This document shows, one piece after another, positions 9,662-19,081 of a DNA stretch of 64,000 bases; position 1 is the stretch's first letter, and every line of letters begins with the position of its first letter. The position numbers and the translations under genes are program-made. The notes under the pieces were generated by a model. It saw only the letters and a list, made by a program, of their open reading frames with translations. It searched no databases and was not told where the DNA came from. The DNA is from an uncultured virus (IMG/VR IMGVR_UViG_3300005193_000001) (Duplodnaviria > Heunggongvirae > Uroviricota > Caudoviricetes), in IMG/VR virus record IMGVR_UViG_3300005193_000001, positions 62,001 to 126,000 of that record; one strand, 5' to 3'.

Positions 9662-11020
9662 TTATCCTCTGCTGTTGTCACTTCTGTAAATGAGAGTAGG
9701 AACGTGCTGCAAGTACCTGTTCAGGTTTTCAGCCATGTCAGCTTTACGCTTGATCCTTTCCTCCTTGCTGATCTTCTGGAGCCTGTCCTTGAGATTATCG
9801 ACAGAGCGCTCCATTTCCTGCTGTGCTTGCTGCTTCAAATCTTGACCATCAAGTTGAAATGGGTCCTGAGGACTCGGCATGTCCGAGAACTTGGACCTTA
9901 CGGTACCAAGCTTGTGTTTCGCGACAGCGAGAGCGTACTTGTAGATCCAACGCTTCCCGCTGGCGTTGATGTACCTATAAGGAATGAAGTCGTAAGGAGC
10001 GTCCGAGTAGTCGCTAACAACGTTGTTGATTTCGTCTCCCACCTCAGCACGGGCCGTAGATTCTCCAACGACTTCGACCCCAAGCGCTTCGTCCTTGGGA
10101 ACGAACTCTACCCATATCCTGAATCGAGAGTGTGGAGAAGGGTGAATCTTGATCTTGTCTCCGATTATGTCGAAGCTGTAATCGGAGGTATAAATCTTGT
10201 CGTACAGGTCAGCTTGCTGTGTAGCCAAGGTACTGTCGTAGAGCGGGTACATGGTGTAGTACGGAGCAGCGTCAACGGCATAGCTCCCGCCGCCTTGGTT
10301 TGTATACCCCGCTCCTCCGAGTGCACCGAATCCACTCAAACCTCCGAACGCCTGACCTCCGCCCGTTCCGCCGCCGAATCCAGCTCCACCCGCACCACCG
10401 AAGTGACCGTGAACAGAAGAAGGAATGCGCTGGTGAAATATGCGGTGGATGACCACTTCTTCTTCAACGGGAACGTACTCGAACTCGTTCATGGAGGTTT
10501 CCCGCGCTACTTTGATTTCACTCTTGGTATAGATCTGCCGATTGACTTCGGTTTCAAAGAATCCACGTTCCCAAGTCACATTTCCGCCCTCGCGACCACG
10601 AAGGGGTCCTCCGTAATCTCGGGCGAGTTGCAGCATCTGGCCACTACCACCGGAGGAGACCCAGCGACCCGTCAGATCTCTATTGGCATCAGAGCCAAGA
10701 ATAGCCTCCAAGTTGTCCTGGATGTTCTGGTCGTTAACGAGTCTACTGAATTCGTCTGTGGCCTCTTCAAGAGCGGCGTAAAAGTCGCGCTCGTCTATTT
10801 CTATGCTCATAGTAGGCCAACCAAGACGCCTTGCAGCCCAGAGAGTGAATTTCTTGGCGTCCTTTCTGAATTTGGGGTCCTTCTCGTACCGACCGAAGGG
10901 AGTGTTGTTTTCAACTGGCAACAGGTCTCCGGTATCGACGAGTTCTGGATTTATGTCGGGGGGATTCTCGACGTCGGGGTCAAGCCAAGGTCCTCGCGGA
11001 AATTTAATCTTAACAGCCAT
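9662..11020 (-). CDS. Neck/head-tail adaptor protein (T4 gp13-like)
   Basis: RRLGWPTMSIEID and WIYKYALAVAKHKLGTVRSKF...LDGQDL; Gly-rich insertion. Confidence 0.8.
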   Translation of the reverse strand: MAVKIKFPRGPWLDPDVENPPDINPELVDTGDLLPVENNTPFGRYEKDPKFRKDAKKFTLWAARRLGWPTMSIEIDERDFYAALEEATDEFSRLVNDQNIQDNLEAILGSDANRDLTGRWVSSGGSGQMLQLARDYGGPLRGREGGNVTWERGFFETEVNRQIYTKSEIKVARETSMNEFEYVPVEEEVVIHRIFHQRIPSSVHGHFGGAGGAGFGGGTGGGQAFGGLSGFGALGGAGYTNQGGGSYAVDAAPYYTMYPLYDSTLATQQADLYDKIYTSDYSFDIIGDKIKIHPSPHSRFRIWVEFVPKDEALGVEVVGESTARAEVGDEINNVVSDYSDAPYDFIPYRYINASGKRWIYKYALAVAKHKLGTVRSKFSDMPSPQDPFQLDGQDLKQQAQQEMERSVDNLKDRLQKISKEERIKRKADMAENLNRYLQHVPTLIYRSDNSRG

Positions 11021-11115
11021 TTAACAAGGAGGTCTTAGAAGCTTCATAGCATAACAGTTTCCTCGCTTTTATATAGTAAAAGAAGAGCCGCATCAAAACA
11101 AAAGGACCCGTATAT

Positions 11116-13962
11116 ATGGACATTTCTCGACTTAACAGCCGCTGGATACGTGTTAACTTCAGCGACGATTTCAGTTGGCATAAGGTAAATGAAGTGAAGA
11201 AAATACCGGGACGAGAATACGATCCCGAGACCGAAGACTGGAAAGTTCCATTAAAGACGAAAGGCAGTTGTGCTCAGTTCTTGCACTTCTGTAACGAATT
11301 CGATATAAAGCTTCCGGATTCAATCGAAAAGCTCATCAAGGAGCTAAGACAAGACTTTAAAGAGCGAGAAAGAAGGGAAGCTCGAAATAGGGAAATTATA
11401 AAAGGCGCGGACTCTTCTATCGATAGAATTTATGGAACGGCTCGCGGAATGCGGCTCCGAGATTACCAGAGAGCCGCTGTTGAATACGCGGCGGAGAACA
11501 AAAGAGTAATCATTGGGGACGAGCAAGGGCTCGGAAAGACCGTGGAGGCCATTGGTACCGTGCAGCACCTTGAATCCTACCCCGTACTCTGCGTAGTTCC
11601 CGCAGCAGTGCGTCCCCATTGGGAGAAAGAGTGGAACACTTGGATTCCGAGAAGAACGGTGAAAACGGTAAGGAGTGGAAGCCACTCAGACTTCCGTGGA
11701 AGCATCGTAATCTGCACCTACTCTTTGATCTACAAGTTCACCGACAGATTCAAAGACCACGGCTTTGAAGCATTGATTTGTGACGAGAGCCACAAGCTCA
11801 AAAATAACTCCGCCAAAAGATCAAAGGCGGTAAGGAAGATTTCAAAGGACATTCCGGTCCGAATGCTTCTTACTGGAACCCCGTCTATTAACAAACCAGC
11901 CGAATTCATCAACCAGCTTAAAATACTTGGGGTCTTCAAAGATGCATTCGGCGGCTGGATGCAATATACCGACAGATACTGCAACCGTAAGGATTCCCAA
12001 TTCGGCCAGTGGGACATATCTGGGGCATCGAATCTTGAAGAGCTCCATAACAGGCTCGTCGGTAACTGCTACGTGAGAAGAAACAAGGACGACGACGACA
12101 TACTGGACGAGCTTCCGGAGAAGCAAAGAACGGTGGTGGAGCTCGATATCAACAACAGAAAGAAATACGACGAAGTAGAGAACAACCTCGCCAAGCATCT
12201 GCGGGAAAAGTTCAAGGAGGACGAAGAGCTTTTGGAGAAGATAGAGCACCTGTCGGAACCCCTGCAAGAAGCCCACAAGGAGCAGCATGCGAATAGAAGG
12301 GTTGAACAGGCGCTCAACGCCGAACACCTCGTCAAGATCAACGAGCTACGAAAGGTAACGTCTCGTGGAAAGTTCAAAGAGTCGAAAAAGTGGATCAAGA
12401 ACTTCCTGGAAAGCGGCGAGAACCTGCTCCTGTTCGCCCACTACAAGGAGACCACGAGAAAGCTAGCAGACGAGTTCGACTGTCCAAGAATCACGGGAGA
12501 CGTGAGCACCAGCGAAAGAGAAGAGATCATAGAAGAGTTCCAGGATGGACAACACCAGCTTCTGGTCCTGAACATTGAGGCAGGAGGCGTTGGTATTACC
12601 CTGACGGAAGCCTCGAACGTCGCGTTCGTCGAGATCCCGTGGACGTTCGCAGAAATTGAACAGGCAGAAGACCGTTGTATACTGGAGGGAGAACCCATAA
12701 TGACTGAAAATGGGTGGGTTCCGGTAGAACAGGTAGGTGAAGGAGACCGCGTCATAGGTCACGATGGAAAGCCGCACGAAGTCCTGGATAGTTGGGACAG
12801 GAAGGCAAAGGGATCACACGCCCACAACAGCAAGAGCATAACAGAAATAAGCGTAATAGGGTGGCCCAAGAAGATCAAAACAACGTCAGACCATCGAATC
12901 CTAACGAACGAAGGATGGACTCAAGCCGGGGATATACACCCTCGGGACGAGATCAAGATGCCGGACCAATACGAGGGAGAAGAGAAGTCATTCGTGGAGG
13001 TTTCGAAGAGTAGCAGACTACCAAGCGAATACGAGACTCCGGAACAGGAGATGTTTGGAAGTCACTACGACGCCACGTACACGAAAAAGAAGACTACCCA
13101 AAAGAACCACGGCTTGATAAAGATACCAGACAGGCTGGAGCTTACAGACAAGATGCTGTTCTGCCTCGGCTACTATGTTGGGAATGGGCACTGCTACACT
13201 GGTACGGAAAAGGGGAGGTACGTATCACTTGCGGCACACGTCGATCAGATGAACACCCACCTCACAGAATGCCAGCAGTGGTTCGATAAACTGGATATAA
13301 ACTCCACGATAAGAGAGCACAGCGACCGCGACGGATGCGAACTCAGAGCATACTCCGGAGAACTCGCGTTATGGTTCGAGAACAACTTAGGAAGAAAGTT
13401 GGACGAGAAGACCGTCCCGGAGTGGATTCACGAATGTAGTAAAGAGCAAAGAGAAACGTTCGTGAACGGGTGGTTCGAGGCGGACGGATACGAGAGAAGA
13501 GGGAGAAAGCAAATCATTACCGCCAAAAAGGATCTCGCCAGTGAAGCCTGTAGGCTACTGATGGGACTTGGCAAGAAACCATCAATAACCTATGGTGAAG
13601 AGTCCGGTTCTTACACGGTTGGGTGGACAGAAGGCGTAGACCCAACCCTCAAGGTGACGGAAGTGAAGCACAGGACGTGCAACAGACAAGAGAGGGTGTA
13701 TGACTTGACCGTGGAGGACTCCAACTCCTTCGTGGTGGGTACTTCAGCTGTCCACAATTGCCACCGCTTTGGTCAAAAAGACACGGTGAACGTCTACTTC
13801 ATGCTGGCCGACGACACCATTGATCGAGAAATGTTCGACCTCGTGCGCAAGAAAAAAGCAATTACTGATCAGGTCAACAAAGGAAGAGAAGTCGAAGACA
13901 TTGAGCAGCAGGACATTATGGCTGGAATCGTAGAGAGAATTCTCAACAGGCAAGAAGAATAG
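11116..13962 (+). CDS. SNF2/SWI2-family (HARP-like) helicase containing an intein
   Basis: LRDYQ, DEQGLGKT (Walker A), DESH, LLTGTP, AGGVGITLT; motif VI QAEDR/CHRFGQ is split by the intein. Confidence 0.92.
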   Translation: MDISRLNSRWIRVNFSDDFSWHKVNEVKKIPGREYDPETEDWKVPLKTKGSCAQFLHFCNEFDIKLPDSIEKLIKELRQDFKERERREARNREIIKGADSSIDRIYGTARGMRLRDYQRAAVEYAAENKRVIIGDEQGLGKTVEAIGTVQHLESYPVLCVVPAAVRPHWEKEWNTWIPRRTVKTVRSGSHSDFRGSIVICTYSLIYKFTDRFKDHGFEALICDESHKLKNNSAKRSKAVRKISKDIPVRMLLTGTPSINKPAEFINQLKILGVFKDAFGGWMQYTDRYCNRKDSQFGQWDISGASNLEELHNRLVGNCYVRRNKDDDDILDELPEKQRTVVELDINNRKKYDEVENNLAKHLREKFKEDEELLEKIEHLSEPLQEAHKEQHANRRVEQALNAEHLVKINELRKVTSRGKFKESKKWIKNFLESGENLLLFAHYKETTRKLADEFDCPRITGDVSTSEREEIIEEFQDGQHQLLVLNIEAGGVGITLTEASNVAFVEIPWTFAEIEQAEDRCILEGEPIMTENGWVPVEQVGEGDRVIGHDGKPHEVLDSWDRKAKGSHAHNSKSITEISVIGWPKKIKTTSDHRILTNEGWTQAGDIHPRDEIKMPDQYEGEEKSFVEVSKSSRLPSEYETPEQEMFGSHYDATYTKKKTTQKNHGLIKIPDRLELTDKMLFCLGYYVGNGHCYTGTEKGRYVSLAAHVDQMNTHLTECQQWFDKLDINSTIREHSDRDGCELRAYSGELALWFENNLGRKLDEKTVPEWIHECSKEQRETFVNGWFEADGYERRGRKQIITAKKDLASEACRLLMGLGKKPSITYGEESGSYTVGWTEGVDPTLKVTEVKHRTCNRQERVYDLTVEDSNSFVVGTSAVHNCHRFGQKDTVNVYFMLADDTIDREMFDLVRKKKAITDQVNKGREVEDIEQQDIMAGIVERILNRQEE
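12676..13758 (+). mobile_element. Intein (361 aa) with LAGLIDADG-type endonuclease domain in helicase motif VI
   Basis: Starts CILEGEPI, block B TSDHRIL, blocks LGYYVGNG and FVNGWFEADG, ends VYDLTVE...AVHN followed by Cys+1. Confidence 0.93.
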
Positions 13963-13967
13963 TCGGC

Positions 13968-14239
13968 CTACCAAGGCTTCGAATGCCTATCCTTTTCCCT
14001 CTCGGCTATCTCGTTCCAATACTGCTCTTCCTCTTCCGTGGCCTGACGGACGTTGACTTCCTTGTCCTTGATGCTTTGTATGCCGATAGACATAACGTCA
14101 GACAAGCTCTTTTTATACCAACCGTCGCGGCCATGACGCCAGATCTTTCCCGGCCCAGCATGCGGTGCTTTACCGGAGTTGGACCTCCACATGCGCTTTT
14201 CACGATGACGCCACTTGAAAGAATATTCAGTAATTTTCA
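13968..14239 (-). CDS. Hypothetical protein
   Basis: ORF track 13968..14309; more likely start MKITEY (about 14240), overlapping the upstream stop. Confidence 0.45.
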
Positions 14240-14482
14240 TAGGTCCCAATTTGCTGATGAAAGAGAAGAAGACGACGAGTTGTCTTCGACGGAGGACACG
14301 TTCCCGCACTCCGCAATTCTAAGCCTCGAAGACGAAAGACTCCCCGGACGACTACCACTCGATCCTCCAGATATTTTGAAGGTTATGTCTTCCTCGTCCA
14401 CTTCGAGACCTTTTTCTGTCTTGAGATAAGTCCGAATCGCTTCCTTTACTTCGGAAGGCTCCAACTCTATGTTCATTTGCAT
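14237..14482 (-). CDS. Hypothetical protein with Ser-rich tail
   Basis: ORF track; MNIELEPSEVKEAIRTYL. Confidence 0.55.
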   Translation of the reverse strand: MQMNIELEPSEVKEAIRTYLKTEKGLEVDEEDITFKISGGSSGSRPGSLSSSRLRIAECGNVSSVEDNSSSSSLSSANWDL

Positions 14483-14516
14483 GACTGTGAGACTTTAATT
14501 CTAAAATATATTAATA

Positions 14517-14556
14517 TAGAAACGGGGACCGCAGCACAAATCGCCACGGTCCCCGT
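14517..14556 (-). terminator. Intrinsic terminator-like hairpin
   Basis: 10-bp inverted repeat ACGGGGACCG/CGGTCCCCGT (14523-14556) followed on the minus strand by TTCTAT, just after the stop of 14576..14794. Confidence 0.6.
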
Positions 14557-14575
14557 CACCACCACCAACCTACTC

Positions 14576-14794
14576 TTAAAGATCGTCTGTATTAATTTCT
14601 TGAACATCCACCGCCACGATTTCCAAATCTTCGTCACTTCGAAACACTTCAGGAAATCGAACGTGAGCCTCGGAACGTATTCCGCGTTTCGCGGCATCCG
14701 CCGATTCTTCGGATCGATTCTGCACGAACCTCATAACCCCGCTTTTGTCTCCCTTCACGTTGGCAGATGCTTCGTAGATCACGTCTTGGCTCAT
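14576..14794 (-). CDS. Hypothetical protein
   Basis: 72 aa acidic ORF between an ECF-like promoter and a terminator. Confidence 0.6.
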   Translation of the reverse strand: MSQDVIYEASANVKGDKSGVMRFVQNRSEESADAAKRGIRSEAHVRFPEVFRSDEDLEIVAVDVQEINTDDL

Positions 14795-14830
14795 GTCAAG
14801 TAGCGGTTTTTTCGTCGTTGTTGCGCCCTC

Positions 14831-14885
14831 TTTAACCCGCTCAATAAAAACGTGTTCCGAGCAGAAGTGTGAAGCCGACGTGAAG
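14831..14885 (-). promoter_or_regulatory. ECF-sigma-like promoter plus 11-bp tandem repeat
   Basis: Minus strand CTTCA-N6-CTTCA-N10-CGGAAC-N17-GTTAAA, upstream of ATG at 14794. Confidence 0.65.
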
Positions 14886-14886
14886 A

Positions 14887-15147
14887 TTAGACGTTACAAT
14901 GAATGTCGGATTTTCGATCCATCCACTCGTTCTCGTCAAAACACACGTTAAGACGGTCCGGGCGGTCTTCGGAAGCGTACTTCACGTGCTCTATGACAAG
15001 CTCGTTTTCTACCCGGTGGACGGAACGACCAACACCGGAACCCGTAGGTGTCGGGAGCAGGTCCTCGTCATAAGAACTCGGAGTGGTATTTCCAGTTTTG
15101 GACATGAAATAATCGAAAGCCTTGGTGCCTTCTTGTATCGTAAGCAT
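14887..15147 (-). CDS. Hypothetical protein
   Basis: 86 aa ORF with ATG. Confidence 0.55.
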   Translation of the reverse strand: MLTIQEGTKAFDYFMSKTGNTTPSSYDEDLLPTPTGSGVGRSVHRVENELVIEHVKYASEDRPDRLNVCFDENEWMDRKSDIHCNV

Positions 15148-15237
15148 GAGACGTTATAGCTGGTTTTGCAGTCTTGAGACGCGGAAGAAAGAAACGAAGG
15201 GGTCAATACCGATATATTGTATAGAACGAAAGAAAGA

Positions 15238-15519
15238 CTACGCTAAAGTGCCTATCATTTCCATCATCTTGTCCGCTCCCTCCTCAGTTCCGAATTCAAG
15301 GCGAAGTGAATTACGGTTGTCGGTTCTGATGTTCACCGTACCGATTCTGTTGGCGACTTTTCGGACCCTGTCTTCGAGCCTTCCCCCGATCTCGCTTTTC
15401 TGAAATCTGACGGTGTGTGGATCCTCTTTCACAACTTCAATCATGACAACTCTAGTGACCTGTGATTCTTTATACCGAGAAGGCTCCAGTTTGGCTTTGA
15501 TACGTGGGCTTTTAACCAC
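15238..15519 (-). CDS. Hypothetical protein (start uncertain)
   Basis: ORF track; internal MIEVVKE may be the real start. Confidence 0.4.
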   Translation of the reverse strand: MVKSPRIKAKLEPSRYKESQVTRVVMIEVVKEDPHTVRFQKSEIGGRLEDRVRKVANRIGTVNIRTDNRNSLRLEFGTEEGADKMMEMIGTLA

Positions 15520-15601
15520 CCACTCACCACTGGAGCCTTCTCTTGCTTCTCGAAAAAGTTGAAACCCTTTGCAATTTTAAGTATGCTGCCAGAAAGATTC
15601 G

Positions 15602-15610
15602 TGATATAAT
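15602..15610 (+). promoter_or_regulatory. sigma70-type extended -10 element
   Basis: TGaTATAAT about 45 nt upstream of ORF 15654..16469. Confidence 0.45.
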
Positions 15611-15653
15611 GCCTTCGTTAAGCTTTGATGAAGCTTCTTCAAATGGGGGGTAA

Positions 15654-16469
15654 TTGACACTCGGAGCTTCATACGTAAAGAGCGGACAAGATCAAAAGCG
15701 TTACTTGCAAAACCAGTCACTGAACATAAATGCCAAGGTAGCGGGAGAAGTGCTTCGGCGTGGTCTCGCTGACCAGTTTCGGACGCTGCTAGTTCTAAAG
15801 ACGGTAGCGGAGGGAAATGGCGCGTATTTCAAGCTAACGCCGGACTTGAAGAAGAAAATAGCAAAAGTACGCGACTGCTCCACCAGAACCGTAAATAGAG
15901 AAGTACAAAGACTACGGAATCTCGGTTGGGTGGGAAAAGACAAGAACGGAACTTGCTATATCAGAAGCTTCGACTTCATTCGAAGAAGTCTCGGTGTAAA
16001 GTCGAAGACTGTCCACAGAATCAACGTCTGGTTTTGCGTGGGAGACGGCCAATTCTTTCGAGCCGTGCTTTTCTCTATATTCCTCGGAAAAATCGTAGCT
16101 AACAGGAGATTCGCCCTAGTCCGAAAAACGAGCCGGACATATCAACAGGCGGGTTCCCACGGCTACAATCCGGGACTTGGAGAACAGTTCTCGCCCAACG
16201 CGATCAGCGTCTCGTTCCTGGCAAACAAGCTCCAGAAGTCGAAAGCCACAATACACAGGTGGAAGATGAAAGCTTTGGAGGCCGAGATCATCGACAGAGA
16301 AAAGGGAAAGTACGAATTCAAAGGCGAAACCAACCTGTCCAGAATACAAAGGGCTTTCCCAAAGGACTCCCACAGGACCTACCTTTCGCATGAGAGCGGG
16401 TGCGTGTGCGTGCGCCTGACGGACGAAATCGACGTGAACCTCAGCTACAAAACCGCATCCGGATGTTGA
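15654..16469 (+). CDS. Basic protein with two HTH/wHTH motifs (replication-initiator or regulator-like)
   Basis: KKIAKVRDCSTRTVNREVQRLRNLGWV and VSFLANKLQKSKATIHRWKMKALEAEII. Confidence 0.6.
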   Translation: MTLGASYVKSGQDQKRYLQNQSLNINAKVAGEVLRRGLADQFRTLLVLKTVAEGNGAYFKLTPDLKKKIAKVRDCSTRTVNREVQRLRNLGWVGKDKNGTCYIRSFDFIRRSLGVKSKTVHRINVWFCVGDGQFFRAVLFSIFLGKIVANRRFALVRKTSRTYQQAGSHGYNPGLGEQFSPNAISVSFLANKLQKSKATIHRWKMKALEAEIIDREKGKYEFKGETNLSRIQRAFPKDSHRTYLSHESGCVCVRLTDEIDVNLSYKTASGC

Positions 16470-16534
16470 CAGCCTTGAAACGAAAGCAGAGAGCACTCTC
16501 TCTGCGGCGTAGGTACATTTGTGCGCGTGCGTGC

Positions 16535-16807
16535 TTAGAAATCTCCGGCCATCTTTTGGATTTCTATCCAGTCGTGCATGGCTGGGGGCTGTGTGGTAGC
16601 GTTTAACACGGCTCCACCCGGAGAAACGAATATTATTTCTCGTTCTTCATCGGGAAGCTCCACGGCCCAACAGGTTCCTTCGACTTCAGGATTTGCTTGA
16701 TCCGTAAATTTCTCGTTCAGCCACCACTTGACTCCCTTGTCGTTCACGTAATCGGGCTCTCCGCTGAAGTACGGCTTGGGTATATTAGACATAGTGAAAT
16801 ATCTCAA
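16535..16807 (-). CDS. Hypothetical protein
   Basis: ORF track; PDYVNDKGVKWW. Confidence 0.55.
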   Translation of the reverse strand: MRYFTMSNIPKPYFSGEPDYVNDKGVKWWLNEKFTDQANPEVEGTCWAVELPDEEREIIFVSPGGAVLNATTQPPAMHDWIEIQKMAGDF

Positions 16808-16994
16808 GCTCTCCGACTTTGTTGCCGTTTACGTCGGTTAGAGGCAACCCAGCACCGTTAAGAGGAACCTCGTCTTTCAAGATCATGCTCTTGGCTTTGC
16901 CGAGTGCTTCGTTCAAAATACGGCGGCGTTCACTGAAGTTATTCTCGAATGCCGCCGAATCTTCGTTGAAATGAAACTTTATCTTTGCTTTCAT
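16785..16994 (-). CDS. Hypothetical phage protein
   Basis: AAFE...LTDVNGNKVG pattern; ATGA overlap with the Thg1 stop. Confidence 0.6.
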   Translation of the reverse strand: MKAKIKFHFNEDSAAFENNFSERRRILNEALGKAKSMILKDEVPLNGAGLPLTDVNGNKVGELEIFHYV

Positions 16995-17800
16995 GCTACT
17001 TGAGGTACTGGTGGATAAACGTGATGATCTATGTATCGCGGGTTCTTGTGAAATTGAGGAATCTCCGTGTCCACGACGACTTCGGACCTTTCCACAACTT
17101 CATCGGGCTCTATATATCCCTTCTCCAGCAGGTTCTCGTACTTTTCTTCCGACACGTGCTCTTCTATTGGAATCTTCTTGTCTTCGCGCTTTATGCACGC
17201 GCCCCTCTTTCTATGAGTCGGAATATCGTTGACATTGATATTGAACTCCTGAAACAGGAACTCCTGCTTTTCGTCAAGGCTCATACCTTGGAGGCGCTCG
17301 TGCGCGTGACCACGACTCGTCTCGTCGGCAAGCTCAAAGAAAGCCACCGAGTGCACGCAATTGTTCCAAGCGTCTTCCTGTCTCCAGATGAAGTAGTCCA
17401 GAACTTCGGACTTCGGAACCATAAACACCCTACCGTCAAACTGCACGGGTTCTCCGAGGACGCTCGTGAACTTCGACCCCGCGTATGAAGCCAAGAGGGA
17501 CGCCATCTTTTGTGTCCTGTTGGCAAGAAAGGGCTCGTCTGACGCCGGGATGTAAAGAGAGATTTCGTCCGATTGGACGTAAGCAACTTCCGACCCCGTG
17601 CAATACTCGAACACTTCCATCGCCGTCCGATTCATCATCTGCTCAAAGGACGGGTCGAAAGGTTTCGAGAATTCGTGGTCGTCCGTGAGCGTCGAGAAGT
17701 TGTGCCCGTCTACTCGGGCTATAATGTGAGTGTTACGAGGCAGCACTTGTTCACTCGACTGCTCGTAGTTTCGCATTCTTTCAGGCCGTGGCGAGTTCAT
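16991..17800 (-). CDS. tRNA(His) guanylyltransferase Thg1-like protein (3'-5' polymerase family)
   Basis: IIARVDGHNFS, KPFD, AYVQSDEISL, RTQKMASLLAS, FDGRVF, YFIWRQEDAWNN; catalytic Asp residues present. Confidence 0.93.
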   Translation of the reverse strand: MNSPRPERMRNYEQSSEQVLPRNTHIIARVDGHNFSTLTDDHEFSKPFDPSFEQMMNRTAMEVFEYCTGSEVAYVQSDEISLYIPASDEPFLANRTQKMASLLASYAGSKFTSVLGEPVQFDGRVFMVPKSEVLDYFIWRQEDAWNNCVHSVAFFELADETSRGHAHERLQGMSLDEKQEFLFQEFNINVNDIPTHRKRGACIKREDKKIPIEEHVSEEKYENLLEKGYIEPDEVVERSEVVVDTEIPQFHKNPRYIDHHVYPPVPQVA

Positions 17801-18174
17801 ATCGTTCTCATTTCCTGTGCTAGGGATTCAAACGCTACGCGAGTATCGTGGAAGTTGTCACCAACTTGACAAAGCAGGTTTTCATGCTCGTCGTAAATCT
17901 CGTCTCCGATTTCAGATTCGATCTCGTCCAGCATTTCTTTGATCTGCTCTACCATAGCGTCGTGGAAGGGACCGAGTTCTGGTTTCCCGTCTCGGCTGTG
18001 AACGGGCGGACCTTGGAAAGAAACAAAGCCCTCATCAATGATCTTCTGCAACACTTCTTTGGCATCTTTTTGGTCGTAGTTCTCTTTCAGGTCTTCGACT
18101 ACGGCCCACTCGTTGCCTCTGTGCTTAATGATGTAACCGACTCTATACTTTTTGTAGGTGAAAAGTTCTTTCAT
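17797..18174 (-). CDS. Hypothetical protein
   Basis: Translationally coupled ORF (ATGA overlaps). Confidence 0.6.
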   Translation of the reverse strand: MKELFTYKKYRVGYIIKHRGNEWAVVEDLKENYDQKDAKEVLQKIIDEGFVSFQGPPVHSRDGKPELGPFHDAMVEQIKEMLDEIESEIGDEIYDEHENLLCQVGDNFHDTRVAFESLAQEMRTI

Positions 18175-18524
18175 GATCCAAAGATTTCGTTCGTGATTAG
18201 CTGAATTTCCGATGGATCGACCCGTTCTATATCTTCCACTATGGAACCAAACCAGTTCACAACTCGTTCAGCTTGTTTCCGTCTTAGGGTACTTCCAACG
18301 GGCTTGGATCTCCAACCCGGAGTTCCGAGAAGATCAACCACAATAACGTACTCGTTTCTTCCGTGCCAACTGTCGAAAGTCATGGCGAAAGGTTCCGACT
18401 GTTTCGCCATCTTTTCCATGGCTTCGGTACCACCTCGCCTTTCACACCACTTTTCTACGGCACGTTTCGTGTTGGAGTCCGTGTCCGGACCTATGGCTTT
18501 CCCTTCCAGTTCTACTTTCGGCAT
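18171..18524 (-). CDS. Hypothetical protein
   Basis: Coupled ORF in the minus-strand operon. Confidence 0.6.
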   Translation of the reverse strand: MPKVELEGKAIGPDTDSNTKRAVEKWCERRGGTEAMEKMAKQSEPFAMTFDSWHGRNEYVIVVDLLGTPGWRSKPVGSTLRRKQAERVVNWFGSIVEDIERVDPSEIQLITNEIFGS

Positions 18525-18525
18525 T

Positions 18526-19059
18526 TTAGTTTATCAACTCTACTCCAAAGAAATCGAAAGTGGCGACAGTGGCGATAGGATTGCCTTCATACCACCAAGA
18601 CAGCGTTTCGCGACTCTTGCTGACCTTGAACGTGCCCTTGTTTCCAACGAGATCCCGCGTCATTCGCAGGGACAGGGCATCGGCCATGCAGTGCTCTTGG
18701 TAATTGCGGTAGGAAATGACAGCGACCCAAGTGGAATCCACGCCGTCCGAAGATCCCATACCGGGAGGACGAGTAACTTGACCTCGGGCGTCTCCAACCC
18801 AACGCTTTTCGGTTCGAAGATTTCCAAGGTGGGCATCAATCGTCTCGGAAGAAACCGAATCGTCGCTTTCTCGTTTCATGAACTCGTCGAGAAGATCGTG
18901 ATCTTCGACGTGCTCCTTGTCAACGAGAATGGTTCCGTCCGTGACGTATCTGTCGTCGGGGTCACTTTTCAGACCTCTCCAAGTCCTAATTTCCCGGTCC
19001 GTCATTTCCGAAAGCGGTGAAAGGTCGGATTTGGAGATTTCAATCGTGTAAACAGACAT
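18526..19059 (-). CDS. Hypothetical protein
   Basis: 177 aa acidic ORF in the operon. Confidence 0.6.
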   Translation of the reverse strand: MSVYTIEISKSDLSPLSEMTDREIRTWRGLKSDPDDRYVTDGTILVDKEHVEDHDLLDEFMKRESDDSVSSETIDAHLGNLRTEKRWVGDARGQVTRPPGMGSSDGVDSTWVAVISYRNYQEHCMADALSLRMTRDLVGNKGTFKVSKSRETLSWWYEGNPIATVATFDFFGVELIN

Positions 19060-19081
19060 CGGGTGGTGTGTGGTTTTGGAT

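Noticed and set aside
9362..11038. 558-aa plus-strand ORF (similarly 34200..35369, 44407..45333, 53661..54725)
   Set aside because: Each lies antisense to a motif-supported gene (neck, MCP, portal, ligase-like)
16399..16534. GTGCGTGTGCGTGCGC / GTGCGCGTGCGTGC repeats as iterons
   Set aside because: Only two short low-complexity copies, one inside coding sequence
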